Shown: positions 1 to 12,432 of the stretch, in pieces
Numbering within the stretch: position 1 is the first letter of the stretch
Layout: every line of letters begins with the position of its first letter
Origin: Gonapodya sp. JEL0774
Lineage: Eukaryota
Length of the DNA stretch: 20,000 nucleotides
Assembly (NCBI GenBank): GCA_027604505.1
Contig: JADIIX010000122.1
Span: forward strand, 47,304 to 67,303
Direction: 5' to 3'
Position numbers and translations under genes: made by a program
The notes under the pieces: generated by a model
Told to the model about the DNA's origin: nothing
Database searches by the model: none
The model's input: the letters and a program-made list of their open reading frames with translations, nothing else

Positions 1-1647
1 TTCAAGGGGGCAGGGGCGATATCATTGAGTTCAGGTCCTTGAAGGTACAACTTCGCTCACCACAGATTCGTTGACGTCGAAGGCTGATAACCGTTTATTT
101 CACTCACGGAGATTCAACAATTCAACAAAGGGATGCAGGCCTGCTCTTCGGATAAGACCTCATACAAGGTTGTCAATACTTCGAGTCCTTTGAGTCGAGC
201 AGCACAGAACCGTGTCCATGAGCTTTCCGAATGGTGGCAAAGAATGCAGACGCCTCAGAATCGTGTAAATGCTTCGAGAACATCAAAACCGAGGCCCGTC
301 CTGGAGACAAAGGAAGTTACCGCTGACAAGTATTTTGATTACATCGCTGAGGTACTTGCGGCCGAATTTACGAAAGAATTTCTTATTGAAAACTTACTAC
401 AAATAAGGACTAGGTTCTGGATATTGGACCATGTACTGGGAATAAGGTCGTAGTCCGACTATCTGATTACACCACCAACGTGGAGCTTCTACGGTAACTG
501 AGCATCCAGAAGCAGCTTTACTGCGTACCCACGTCTGCTCCGTTATAATAGGCTACCGCAACACATCGGCCAAAAGTTCAAAGGTGCTTCACATGTGTTT
601 ACCTGCACGCTCTGGTAGGGCTTTTCCGATTGGGCGTTCTCGTAGAGATTGCGTCTAGACATTCTGTGCGAATATAAGGGACGAAAACGCAAAAGCTGCC
701 GCTTCTCTTAGGACTGGATCATATATATTAATCCGCAATGTTAAAGCGAAGCGACGGGATGGTTATCTCGAGGGGGATGCCCGTGTGGACAGACATCAAC
801 CGAAGTCTAAACTTAGTGTTCTTTCTGAGGATGACCGCCGTTTGGATCACTTGAAGATGTAGGTCCCTCCTTTGATCGAATCAGTGTTCGTAGTAACGTC
901 TTTTCTCCGGTGATTTTGGGAACAGGCGTCGGCGCCGTTTTACTGACAGTGGGAGTATCTATTCAGTTGAGCACGATTCTCCGCCACATGGGGACGCCTC
1001 GAAGAACGTTGAACTCAACCATCACGCCAATACGAGCGACGGGACTACTTTAGTTGGCATTCGAAACAATCCGAAGGTAACCTTAAAGCGCGTTACCAGA
1101 AATGCCGACATTTTTCTCAGCCATCGTTTATTGCAGGTACCCAATAGGTACAGATGCCGTGCAGTCATTACGGACCATCGACCAACCTTTCTAGAGGACT
1201 TTTGCAGACCATTTTGTTCGAATTGCTGCGAGAGGTACGAGAATATTGACCTCCGCATTAAGAACTGACGTCAACAGAGCAAAAAGCTGTCCCCCAGGAC
1301 CTGAGCCCACTTGCCCGTTCTGCGAAACACAATTGGACAATGCTGCGCAATACGTGTACATGTTTTCAATTCTTCTCGAGGACTCTGGTGGCCAATTGGA
1401 AGTTATCGTTCACGGGCAAGATGCGGTGAGTATCCTTCTACAAGACGCCAATTCAAAACTGTCTCCTGACGAGAGTTGTTGCCAGGAGTCTTTTTTAGAT
1501 TTACGCGCATGCAACTTATATGAGAACGCAACTGAACTCTTCATCCTCCAGAGGAATATGTCTAAGCACTTGCAGGCGGACTCCGATTTTCTAGTTGAAT
1601 CGTACAGATCCTCAGATGACGTTGTTCATTTCCGGTTAGTTGCCTAG
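1..1647 (+). CDS. POT1: Protection of telomeres 1 (telomeric ssDNA-binding OB-fold protein), 5'-partial. Exons <1-44, 112-351, 414-493, 552-614, 679-858, 926-1076, 1137-1234, 1278-1425, 1486-1647
   Basis: Splicing GT-AG introns joins POT1-type motifs in one frame: GDIIEFRSLK|IQQFN (end of OB1); YFDYIAE|VL..VRLSDYTTN and CTLW|DENA..LRTGSYILIRNVKAKRRDGYLEGD (OB2); PNRYRCRAVITDHRP..EDFCRPFCSNC..CPFC..YVYMFSILLED (C-terminal OB with Cys pairs). TAG stop at 1645-1647. Confidence 0.88.
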
Positions 1648-2118
1648 CAAATCTATCTGCAATATTATTGTTCCCCAGAAGAAGAGGAGCTTACCTAGAA
1701 GTGCGAGAAGTTGAGCTTATTAAGGTAGAGGACAGAGTGGACTCGAACAAAGCATCCCAGCGAGCATCTTGAGAGGGTTCCACAGAGGATAGACCCAAGC
1801 TTACATATCATTTCAGCACTGCTATCATTCCTCCGAGTTCAATAGTCCTCTCGCTGGGAGGTCATTGATTCATTAAGGCAGGCATGGAAGGCGAAGCATC
1901 GCTTTTGTGGATGAACGGACCAACCAAGTCAATCTCCAAATTCCGGTCATCTGTACCGTGTGGTGCTCATAACCTTGTTACTGCTTCCATTCTTGTAATA
2001 CATTGCATCAATAATGGAATAACTATATGAGCTGTAATTACAATGAACATGAGTTGTCCGCAGCCCTCAGGAACTTCCCTGTCTTCTTCACCTGAGCATC
2101 ACTTATCTTCGTTGAGAC

Positions 2119-5100
2119 ATGCCCGCCCATGACGACGCGATTCGTTCCGAAATCGCAACCGAGATCTCAGCTGGGATTGAATTGGATACGCATGTCCGAG
2201 ACATCGGTGACCTGTACTCCGGTTCGTTCAACTGGTTCGGTTGATGCAGCTGTCACAAAGGAGTCACAATTTTTATCGTGACGACAGGCCTCCACACTGT
2301 AATGTATCACGATCCCCCATACTGGGCTCCATTAAAGCGGCAAAAGGTCACTCCTCTTCCTGAGGGCTTATTTGAGCAGTATGAAGGTGGTAATCTTGCC
2401 AAATTCAGGTCCCTAGAGTGAGGTTTAATCATGATTCCTTTATAAAGCTCTTCAGATCCGGAGTTTTATGGGTCTATGTCCAGAAATCTCGCGCGCATGG
2501 GTTACGATAGACCACAGACTTATACTATGGGAGTATGAAAGCCAGTGAGAGATTATGACATATCGTCGGGAAAAGAAAACAGGTTTCTGTCTCACTTCTG
2601 TGCTGAACGCTCAGGTCGGATTTGTTCATGTTCGAAGATCAGGACCAAGTCATTCTTAGTGTTGCTCTTGTGAAGCCCTTGCAAGGTAATACAATCTGTC
2701 TACTGGATTGCATAGTCCACCATACTTTCCCCTTTCTCTGCAATTCTAGGTGTATTTATTGACACCGTTGAGTATCTCCTTGTGGTGGCGACTCCCCTGG
2801 AAATTTTCATTCTGGGAGTTGCTTTTGGTGACTCACCACCAACAGCTGAGCGATGGAAAGGCCCGCTAATCCTTTACAAAACGCAAATGAGTGCTTCTTG
2901 TGAGGAAGTCACTATCATTTCTATAAAAGGAACTGGGGAGGGTCGCATATTTATGGGTGGCTCGAACGGCAGACTCTACGAGCTTGTGTACCAGGTAAAG
3001 TCGTTCTCCTCCTGCAAAACAATTAATTATCATACTGAATACGCGTGGGTCAACAGGCGGAAGAAGGATGGTTCACCCGCAAGTGTTTTAAAATCGATCA
3101 CAGCTCCACGTTGACACACTACATGCCCATACCTTGGCGTACAGAAGAAGGTGCGAACTTACCATTCAGTCGCATCTCTCAGATAGACGAGATCGGAGCT
3201 CACTTGCAGGCGTTAATACAGATCCAATCGTTGGACTTAGTGTTGATGATTCTCGCCACTTGCTCTTCACTTGGTCTCAATCTTCAAAATTAGATGTTTG
3301 TTGTGTTAAGTTCTTTGTCTAAAAGTACTCAACCTCATTAGTGCTCGGACACTTCAGCTTTACTATTTGGGGCAGCGTAGGCGCCAGGTTCAGCAAATTG
3401 CAACACTACGTGATGGCGAATTGATTCGCGCGGTCAAAGCTCTTCAACCCAGCCTTGACACGCGAAGCTTTCGAATTATTGCGGTAGATCCGATTCTTCT
3501 TCACCACTCCAAGCGACTTCATGCGGTCGTCACAACATCCACGGGTGAGTTACGGCGTTATCTATCGATTCCACCATTCGTCACACATTTGTCTAGGCCA
3601 TCGTCTTTTTCTGAAGTGCTGGGACGGAACTGCTACGCCCAGCGAAGGCCTTCCAAACTGCTTAAAAGTATCACACATTTGTCCGCCGCCAAGTTCTCTG
3701 TTGTCCGATCGGCTGCAGGAAGGCTACGATGCGGCAACGAACTCCGGGGGCCTTTGGCTGGCATCTAATTGCGTTTCTGAAAATTCGGATCTCCTCGTTG
3801 GTTCATGTGTGGACTATTCCACGGCCCGCCTGGTAATTTAACAATTTATGAACAGTGTGGTCCTTTGTATTCACCTCTTTATCCTTTTAAAACAGCAGAA
3901 GACGTCACTGTTATCAACGACGGTTCCGCCCGGCGAATACTTCGGGGTGATAGAGAACGCAGGGCGGACTTGGACCATCGTCGAAAAACCAGCAGCCGGG
4001 AGATTCAAGAATGAGCTGGCTCTCATCAGTACATCTGAATTTGTGCAACAACTTGCTTCCCCACAAAGGCGGTACCACGTGCTCACAAACTTGGGTTAGT
4101 ATCGCGTCAAGGTGTATGGCCCCGGTTGTTCGAGCGCTCACTATATCTTGACTAGGTATCACGGAGATCGTCAAACAGAGACCGATCGATAGTTTGCTGG
4201 AACTCTTCCAAGAGGCAACGCAGACAGGCAACTTCAACAAGATTGGATCCTTCTTTCAATCGTGAGTTCAGTTCTGTGGAGTTCGGATGTGTCATTTCTC
4301 ATCCAAAAATGCAGGGTTGGCCGTGATGAAGGATGCGCCATGTGTGTCGCGATTGTATGCCGGAATCCATACTTACCAATGTAAGACAGCTCCACGATGT
4401 TCATTGACTCGATGTTTGGGAAGTTAACTTTTGCATTACAGCCAGCCAGGTGCGTTGTGGAATGGAATTATTCAGGTTCTCAGGCTCTCATCTGTCAGTT
4501 CCCATAGATGATAGAATTATTGCAGTTGCGACCCGATGCTATCACGAGTTGGGATCACAACCAACGTCCGACTCCCTTCCGTCCACTTCTACTTGTGAGC
4601 TAGTTTCCCGTTTGAAACTTGCACAGTGGCATTTCAGTGATATTCTGCGGTGTTGCACCTGTGCTGAGCAGTGACACCGAGGCCAGTCAGAAACCATGGC
4701 AAGGTGTTTGCCCTGTTGACCTACTTCCAGCGAATTCTGAAGAATATTTGGGGAGTCCGGCTTGTTCAGCAGTGAGTCGTCCCAGTTTTATCTCATAATG
4801 CGTTTAACATTTTATCCTCAGAAGCTTGGATGGCCGTTTGACTTTCACACTATCTGTTGATGAGGCTTTGGATGCCGAGATGCAGTTGGACTCACTGAGC
4901 AGTGCTATTGGAAGGTATTTTCTGATTGTATACCAAATATTCAAAGTGGCTAATGCCCTGTTTGCAGCGATTTATCAGTGCATCGCGCAGATACCCATGC
5001 TCCCATCGCAAATGGCATGGAAGCGCAAATCGAGGTGACCATCTGCTGACTCCTCTGTTGCCTTTGTTCCCGTCCAACGAACTCATCGGTGATGCCTTGA

Positions 5101-7649
5101 TTTGATTTTCATTCAGCAAGAAAAATGGGTTGCCGGCGTGAGACAACTCGCAGCAACATCCTCAGAGGTGCTGGAGCTTACAAGGATTCTTCGAGTCAAC
5201 AACCTTTCGGGGATACTTGAACGCCTTTCGGAGTCGGATAAGCAAACATTCGAAACCACTGCATTTGCGGAGATTGCGGTTGGACTTAGTGAGAGGTCCC
5301 GACAATTGGTTGCAGCATTGTTTCGAGCCTTGCTTGAGGTGAGCGAAATGCACTGCAGCTCCGTGAATTCCAATTTGAAGTTCAATCCCAAAACAGACAG
5401 GAGTTGCGAAAGACGAGCTCAAGGAACGTTGTCCTCTACTCTTTTCTGCACAAGACACGCTGTTACTTGAGGTACCGTATCTCGAGTTTCTTTCTTGGAA
5501 GTTCAGCCTGTACAATCCATGCGTATTCAAGGCCCAGAATTTGCTCTCGAAAGCGCGGAGTGCCCCGTCCACCACCCGCGAAGAATTTCTAATCGAAGCG
5601 GTACGGTACGTCTTGGGGGAATCTATCAGCACCGTCAGATGATTATGCCGATACTTTGCCATTTCAGTCTCTTGAAAGAATTACCTCGGCCGATATCGAA
5701 GGACGAGCTTCTGCTCGTAGTAGATGAGCTGCAATCGTCAGGATTTGCGAATGGTTCGTGCCCCAGCCATCGCGTAGTCGAGGCAGAAATCAATCTCTAG
5801 TCTTTCTAAGGAGCTGTCGAGGTTGCTTTGTGGAGAGCCCAAAAAGTTGATCCGACGGACGCAGCTTTAGACTGCATGAGGGATGTTAGTGGAGTCTCAC
5901 AGGTTGGTTCTTGCTAACAGGGCTTTGATGCACTTTTGGCTAATTAAATGGCAGGTGTCGAAAGAGGCGTACGATCGTCGCATGGAGTGTTATGCGATAA
6001 TTTTGAAAGTTATATCCGAAAGCTTAACAAACGGTCCCAATGAGAACTTGCTGCGCCTACCAGCATTTCAGCGAGCGATCGTTTCTGATGACATATTACT
6101 GCAGTTTTATCTCTATGACTGGCTTCTCAACGGAAATTACACCCATGTTTTGCTTAAGGTGAGCAATCGTTGAAAAGTTTTCAGAATTCAAAATCTCAGA
6201 AAGGAAGCCCGTGCTAGATGCCGTCTAATTCTTTGGAGTTATACCTCAAGTCGAATACGACAGTGCCAAAAAAGCTCTTACTATGGCAGTATTTGGTGCA
6301 ACAAAGGGATTACCGAGAAGCTGCCAGAACCCTTTGTGATCTTGCCGAAACTCCCAAGTTAGTTCGCACTCTCCTGTTTTCGATTGACGAGTTTTTCTCA
6401 CGTTTGACTTCTGGTTAAGTGAGGGAGTCAACCTCAAAAGCAGGATAGAGTATTTGTCATCTGCACTAGCAAGTCTCAGAAGTAGCATGGTTGTGGATCC
6501 CCACGCCGCAGCACTGGCTGACGAGATCAACGAGAAGCTTGAGGTAGGGAATACGGTCTGTCTGCAGTACTTCGGAGCTGATTCCATTCTCCTCTGGTCC
6601 CTACCATCTACCCGTTCTCAAACAGGTCGCCAACATCCAAAATCAAATCCTTCAGGCGCTTCGATCCCGTGTAGAAGTGGGCACTTTGTCAGATGAATCA
6701 CGGCACATCGAAGCCCTTGATAGTTCGCTTCATTCAATCAGTGAGGCAAGTCATCATTCGCGCGCCCAATAAACGATAGTTCCGTGACAATTACATTGCC
6801 AATACAAGCTTTACAAACGATTTGCGGGTCCGCTAAGATTATACGACGAGATTTTGCAGATTTTCCACTCCTCGTGAGCCTTACTGTGGTTGAGAAAGTA
6901 TGTACGCAACTCACTCAATACTTTTTGTGCGACAGTAAATTTTACGAGAAAACTGCAATCAAAACTGCTTGGGAAGGAATCATTGAAGGTTGTTATTCAA
7001 CAAGAGGCTCCTCTGACCGCTGAATTCCACTCATTCTACTTACTTCAGGTTTGAAGTCAGAGGATGCCTCTATTAGAAGACTCAATCAGGTCATGAGAAA
7101 GATTGGGGGTGATGAGGCTCTGGTACCCTTGGGTGAGCTACCCGGTAGGATTCCGCCAGAATGAATGTTACTCACCAACCATGTGCCTGGAAGATCCCAT
7201 TGCTCAAATGTTGTGCGAGATGACTTGGGGACGGTCTTACTCTGATTCTTTTCCATATCGTGCACTGATGGCGTTCGAAGTCTTCCAGCCACAAGAGGCG
7301 ATATTGGCACTCACCAGGGCATTCGATGTGAAGGTGAGCCCCTGTTTCACGAATAATTTTCTGACGGTGCCTGCTCGTCTCAACTGTGAAAATATCGCGT
7401 AGCCTGATCCGCAGTGGCGAAGTGCTGTTATTTCAATAATAGGGGAGTCCATTCGACAAGGACGCAATCAAATGGGAAAAGAGTGAGGACTCTCAACGAT
7501 GATAGATTAAAAACGTTTCATTCATGCACCTTTTGCGATTCAGGAAACTGTTAATTGTGGAGAAGGAGGTTTCTCGAATGTCTCAAGGTCTCCGGGATGG
7601 TCGTCAGCTGGATGCGTTGAAGAGTCTTGAGTCTGTCTTGAGAAGGTAA
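2119..7649 (+). CDS. NUP155: Nucleoporin Nup155/Nup170/Nup157 family, about 31 short introns, roughly 1,200 aa
   Basis: Spliced translation gives family motifs PLPEGLFEQY, FMGLCPEISRAWVTIDHRLILWEY, VALVKP|GVF..YLLVVATP, GRIFMGGSNGRLYELVYQ|AEEGWFTRKCFKIDHS, RPIDSL, ALLTYFQRILKNIW, FYLYDWLL, LLWQYL..YREAARTLCDLA, RIEYLSSA, EKLE|VANIQ and ISE|LYKRFAGP. ATG at 2119 follows an in-frame stop; TAA at 7647-7649. A few internal junctions have alternative in-frame acceptors. Confidence 0.93.
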
Positions 7650-7744
7650 TAGGGCACGGTATACTCTCACTGGCCGCAAGTGTATTGTATGTAAATATTG
7701 GGTCGATCCAATCTGCTGTGGCACCTGCAACAACGTCGAATAAA

Positions 7745-10102
7745 ATGACATCGCGGAAGCTGCTGGTTCTCTTCGCAACCCAGACTGGTAATGCCATGGA
7801 TGTAGCAGAGCGTATTGCTCGGGAGGGGAAACGATGGCGTTTGGAGCCCAGTCTATTATCGATGGATGTTTACAATGGTGTATGTGGATGATTCCACTTT
7901 CGGAGCCGTTTGGTCTGTCTCACGAATGGAACGTACGCAGGAAGATTTGTGTCGTGAAGAGCTTGTTGTCTTTGTTTGCTCTACAACAGGGCAAGGGGAG
8001 TTCCCTGATACAATGAAGGTATTCATGCACCTCCAATCCAAGCATACCCTCTGATCTCGAGAAAAGCTCACCTCGTAAACCATTAACTGTCAGACCCTTT
8101 GGCAATACTTGTTGAGGAAAAAGCTCAGTGCAAACTTTCTTCACAACTGCAACTTTGGGGTTTTTGGACTCGGTGACAGTTCTTATCCCAGGTACGTTCA
8201 GCCTTCAAGTCGAGTTGCACAGACAGGCTCAAATGATATTTGCAGGTTCAACTTCCCCGCGAAAAAGTTGCACAAGAGACTCCAACAACTTGGGGCGAAC
8301 CCACTCATTGAACGGGGTGATGGGGACGACCAACATCCCATGGGGTGAGCATCAGTACACAAATTCTTTCCTCCTTGACCGCAAGAACTGATATGCTCAA
8401 AAGTTTGGACGGTGGCCTTGAACCTTGGCTCAAGCGTTTATGGGAACGAGTCCTTGAACTCCGGCCCCTCGCACCGGGCGTTTCCCCCGTCGACAGCAAT
8501 GTGCTGCCAAACCCCAGCTACTTCTTTAGCTACGTAGATTCTACGTCTCCTATACATCCTGTTATGGCACAGAAGTGCGGGGCTGAAGTATCTGCAACAG
8601 TCGTACGGAATGATCGCGTTACCCAGGAAGACCATTTCCAGGACGTCAGGCATGTCATCTTAGATATTCAGTCATCTGGCTTGTCGTAAGTAGACCTGAC
8701 GGCGCTTCCTTAAGTGATCATGACACCCTGAATGTTATATGAGTCAGTTACAGACCGGGGGACATTGTCAACTTCCGACCGAAGAATCTTCCAACTGAAG
8801 TCACAGAGGCCATACGTTATTTTGGATGGGAATCTATCGCGGATAAACCATTTGAAATCTGTTGCGAGGAAGGAACTGGTAAGCGACACGACACTCGAAA
8901 GCACATGTGATGTTGGAGCAATAATCCGTTTGATGTAGTTTATGGGTCACATGATCCTCGAAATCACGATACATGGACATTGCGGCGGCTTCTGGAAGAG
9001 CATTTGGATATTTTTGCGAGGCCGAGGAGATATTTTTTTGAGCTCCTGTCCTTCTTTGCGCAGGACATCGAGCAAGCGAAGAAACTGCGCCATTTTGCTT
9101 CTGCCGAGGGTCAAGTGGGTAGCGGGTTTCTCTCAATCTGGACAGAAGGTTCTTACCACCACTTACTCCAGAGTGACTTATATCAGTACTGTCACAAAGT
9201 ACGGCGGACAGCCTTTGAAGTGATTAGGGATTTCAGCTCTGCAAAGTTCTCTCCGGAATATCTCCTGGACTTGCTGCCAGTAATGCGCCCGAGGTCTTTT
9301 TCAATAGCATCTTCCCAATTGGTATGCTCGCATGTTTCTTGTTCGAAATTCTATTGACACCCTGTGGCTAGGCCCATCCGACAGAAATTCATATCCTGGC
9401 TGCAATAGTCCGATATCGCACCAAAATGAGGACACCTCGCGCTGGTGTTTTTACAAAGTTTCTTGCCACCTGGGCGCCTGGGGACACGATATCTCTATGG
9501 ACCACGAGAGGTTCGATGACTCTGCCTCCCAGGGGCGATACCCCAGTAATTTTGATTGGGCCTGGAACTGGAATCGCTCCAATGCGATCCTTTCTGGAGG
9601 AAAGAGTTTCTTTGGAACTGCCCAGTGGGTGTGTGCTGTAGGCTGCAATCGGTCGCCTGGTGCCACACTTCAGAGTTTTTGGCTCTCTAGATAATACCAT
9701 GTTTCAAGGCATCCGTAGCACCAAGAAAGATTTCTACTTTAAGGACCAGTTCATGTCCTTCGTTGCTCGAGGAATGCTTACACACTTCGTGGCACCCTCA
9801 CGGGATCAACCTTCGAAAGTTTATGTCCAAGATTGCATTCTCCAGCACGGTGAAGAAATTTGGGATGCTTTATCGAGAGGAGGCATCATATATTTGTCAG
9901 GGTAAGCTATTCAATTCAGTCGTCAATATCATGATCTAAATGCACTGCGTTCGAAAGTAACTCGAACCAAATGCCTCGTGCCGTAAGCAATGCTTTGAAG
10001 GAAGTTTTTGTTCAAACGGGAGGTCTAACGATAGATGCAGCGGAGGAGCTCTTAGATACACTTGAACGGACCAACAGATATCAAATAGAAACATGGTCGT
10101 AA
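7745..10102 (+). CDS. NDOR1: NADPH-dependent diflavin oxidoreductase 1 (Tah18 ortholog, cytosolic Fe-S assembly), 10 introns
   Basis: Flavodoxin motifs LLVLFATQTGNAMDVAERIARE, VFVCSTTGQGEFP, FGVFGLGDSSYP|RFNFPAKKLHKRLQQLGA and GDDQHP. FAD domain motifs RVTQEDHFQDVRH, YRPGD, PRRYFFELL and PRSFSIASS. NADPH domain motifs LIGPGTGIAPMRSF and KVYVQD. Typical C-terminus RYQIETWS*. Confidence 0.95.
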
Positions 10103-10116
10103 ATTCAACAGAACGG

Positions 10117-12432
10117 TTATGAAACAGTGTCATTAGACGCGTCTTGCTTAGATCGCTTGCTCTCCTGCTCCCTTTCGGTTGCTTTTCGTTTAACGGCACG
10201 GGCCTGTTTAAACAACGTGAGGGTGCTGAGAGAACAAGCAACAAACAATGACACCGGACCCACTTTGGGACCCCAATTCGAAGTTGGGTTTTCTTGGTAG
10301 CGAACCAAGTTGATTCTGCGAGAATGGGATTCACTCTTGGTGTTAACGGAGAAGTCGATTGTGCAGCTAACAATATCTATAATCTTAGGGACATTTCCAG
10401 GACTCGAATGGAAATAAGTACCAACCTTGGCTGCACATAGAGTATTTTCGACGCGGCAGATCCTTCTTCTGGTGGTTTGGATGGATGGCGGTTCACCCAT
10501 GCTCGTAGTACATCCCAGAACACTGAAGCTGAGGCATCTGTTTTCACAGTCAGAGGCCCTGTATGAGACAGGGATACTCGGTGATTGGCATTGAGAAGCG
10601 CAGAACTGTATTGTGTAAGTTGACAATTGAGCTGGGCATCATCTCTGCGAATAGAACTCACGTGAACAGCGCAAAAGGGGGAACTGTGCAACGCAAAACA
10701 GAGCACGCTGTCGCAAGATTGTAGTGCAACGGTACATCGTGTAACTCCTCTGATATGACTGTGAGCATTCCTGTCATTCTAGGCAGAGTGTTGTAGCTCG
10801 CTTTTGATGATGACACATGTTCTAGCATTGTTGAAACGAATGTAGGGTCTTGTATGGGAGCTCCATAAAAAGGCCCGCCAATCTGCGAAAAGTAATAACC
10901 TTTACCTTTTCGAGAGAAAAGAAGAAACACAGGTCCAAGCCCCTTCCGCTCCCTATCTAAGAGTTAACTCACATGCAAGGGACTGTCACAGTGAGGGCAG
11001 TTCCTCCCCACTGGTGGACCAGTTGAGACGCCATAATGAAGGTTCCCCTGCGATCGCTCTGTCGTCTTACCGATTGCGTGACACGTAAATGACCGACATC
11101 GGGTGCAACTGAACACCAATGACGTATTGCTGGGCACCTGCGTTGGTCATTCCGATGCAATACGCGGTGCACGAACGGCATGACACACCTGGCAGCTTTA
11201 CGGGTATCATTTGCAGAGGTCCGAACTTGTACAAACAATCGAATGTAGAAGTCGATGCTACACGAGAGCAGAGGTTTGATGGCCCGTTTATAACGGCTTG
11301 CAGATGATTGAATCGCGTGCAAAACGATGCGCAATGCCTCAAATCCGATACGGCAGCGGAGCAAAATAGACTCAGTTACTTGGCCACCTAATCGTTATCC
11401 GGATGAATCAACAGACCATTTCGTGGTTATAGGGTGCGTTCGGTATTGGGACACCGCCATATTTAGCCCAGCAGGCCTCCGTCTGTCCACTTCCAGCAAG
11501 AACGGCAAGATCTGTGCAAGTGATGCACAGAAGACCTGCCAACAGGGAGAATAGAGAACTGACAGTCTGTGGACACATTCTTAATCCACCAACCTCCATC
11601 CTCCACTGACTGTACCGCAGCATCAAGAAACGGCGCAGCAGAACCGTAGGGATCCTTGCGGGATAATAAGCCTTAAAATAATACCATGTTTGAGTGTGAG
11701 TTGATCACCTCCTCACCAGGTCAACAACACTGAACAGCTTTCGTTGCAATCGATGTTCATGCATGATTGAGCTGCGTAGATCCGGGAGCATAGTTTGAGA
11801 GAATTCGCGTATGTTCGGCCATTTTCCTCTCACTTGGCATCCCCACAGTTTGCTTGCACTGCATCACTTGATAAGCCGTTGTAGCTCACATTCCTTGCTA
11901 TGGCTCCTACTGCCTCAGGATCCAGGTCGTTTGCGATGATGCGCACATCAAACCCAGATATCTCTTTCGCGTATCGAATCGATCGTAGACCAGTTGCAGA
12001 GAGAGCTTCAAGAACACTGATTGTAGACACCATTCTACCAGCTGCTAGATCTGGTGCATCCAGGTGCTGAGCTTTCATTCAAAGAAGTTTTGTAGCTTTG
12101 ACCTACGAGTCATAAGCAAGTTAACGCACCAGAGGCGCTAGACCCTGATTCCGTTCTCCGACGTTGTGCTCGTTGCTCTCTTTCCTGTTGCCTCAGTACT
12201 CCCCAAGAGGTAATAGCCGCAACTGACTGGCGTGAGTGGTGTTGAGAATCAACAGCGGGTATGATAATTGCAAGTAGAGGACCTCACGAACCATATCACG
12301 GTTGAACTCTTGAACAGGGTTGTAGAAGACAGATTTGTCGTCTGGGAAGAGAATGACAGCCGAGCCCTCTCTGATTGTCAGAAACCTTCTTCCCTCGTAC
12401 TCAATTTCATTGTTGCTGGTTGACGATGTCAT
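10117..12432 (-). CDS. TRM1: tRNA (guanine26-N2,N2)-dimethyltransferase, 9 introns; N-terminus may extend upstream
   Basis: Motifs [137 protein letters not shown]. Basic tail KRK-x8-KRSK resembles a bipartite NLS. TAA at 10117-10119. Confidence 0.95.

Noticed and set aside
1965..2042. Minus-strand GGTTATGAGC after ..TAACAA, resembling an LTR-PBS junction between POT1 and NUP155
   Set aside because: Only a 10-nt match, with no second LTR, PPT or retroelement coding sequence nearby.
1426..10263. Stop-free in-frame introns (1426-1485, 9115-9171, 10204-10263) as regulated retention events
   Set aside because: With about 70 introns near 60 nt, a few stop-free 3n introns are expected by chance, and there is no evidence of retention.
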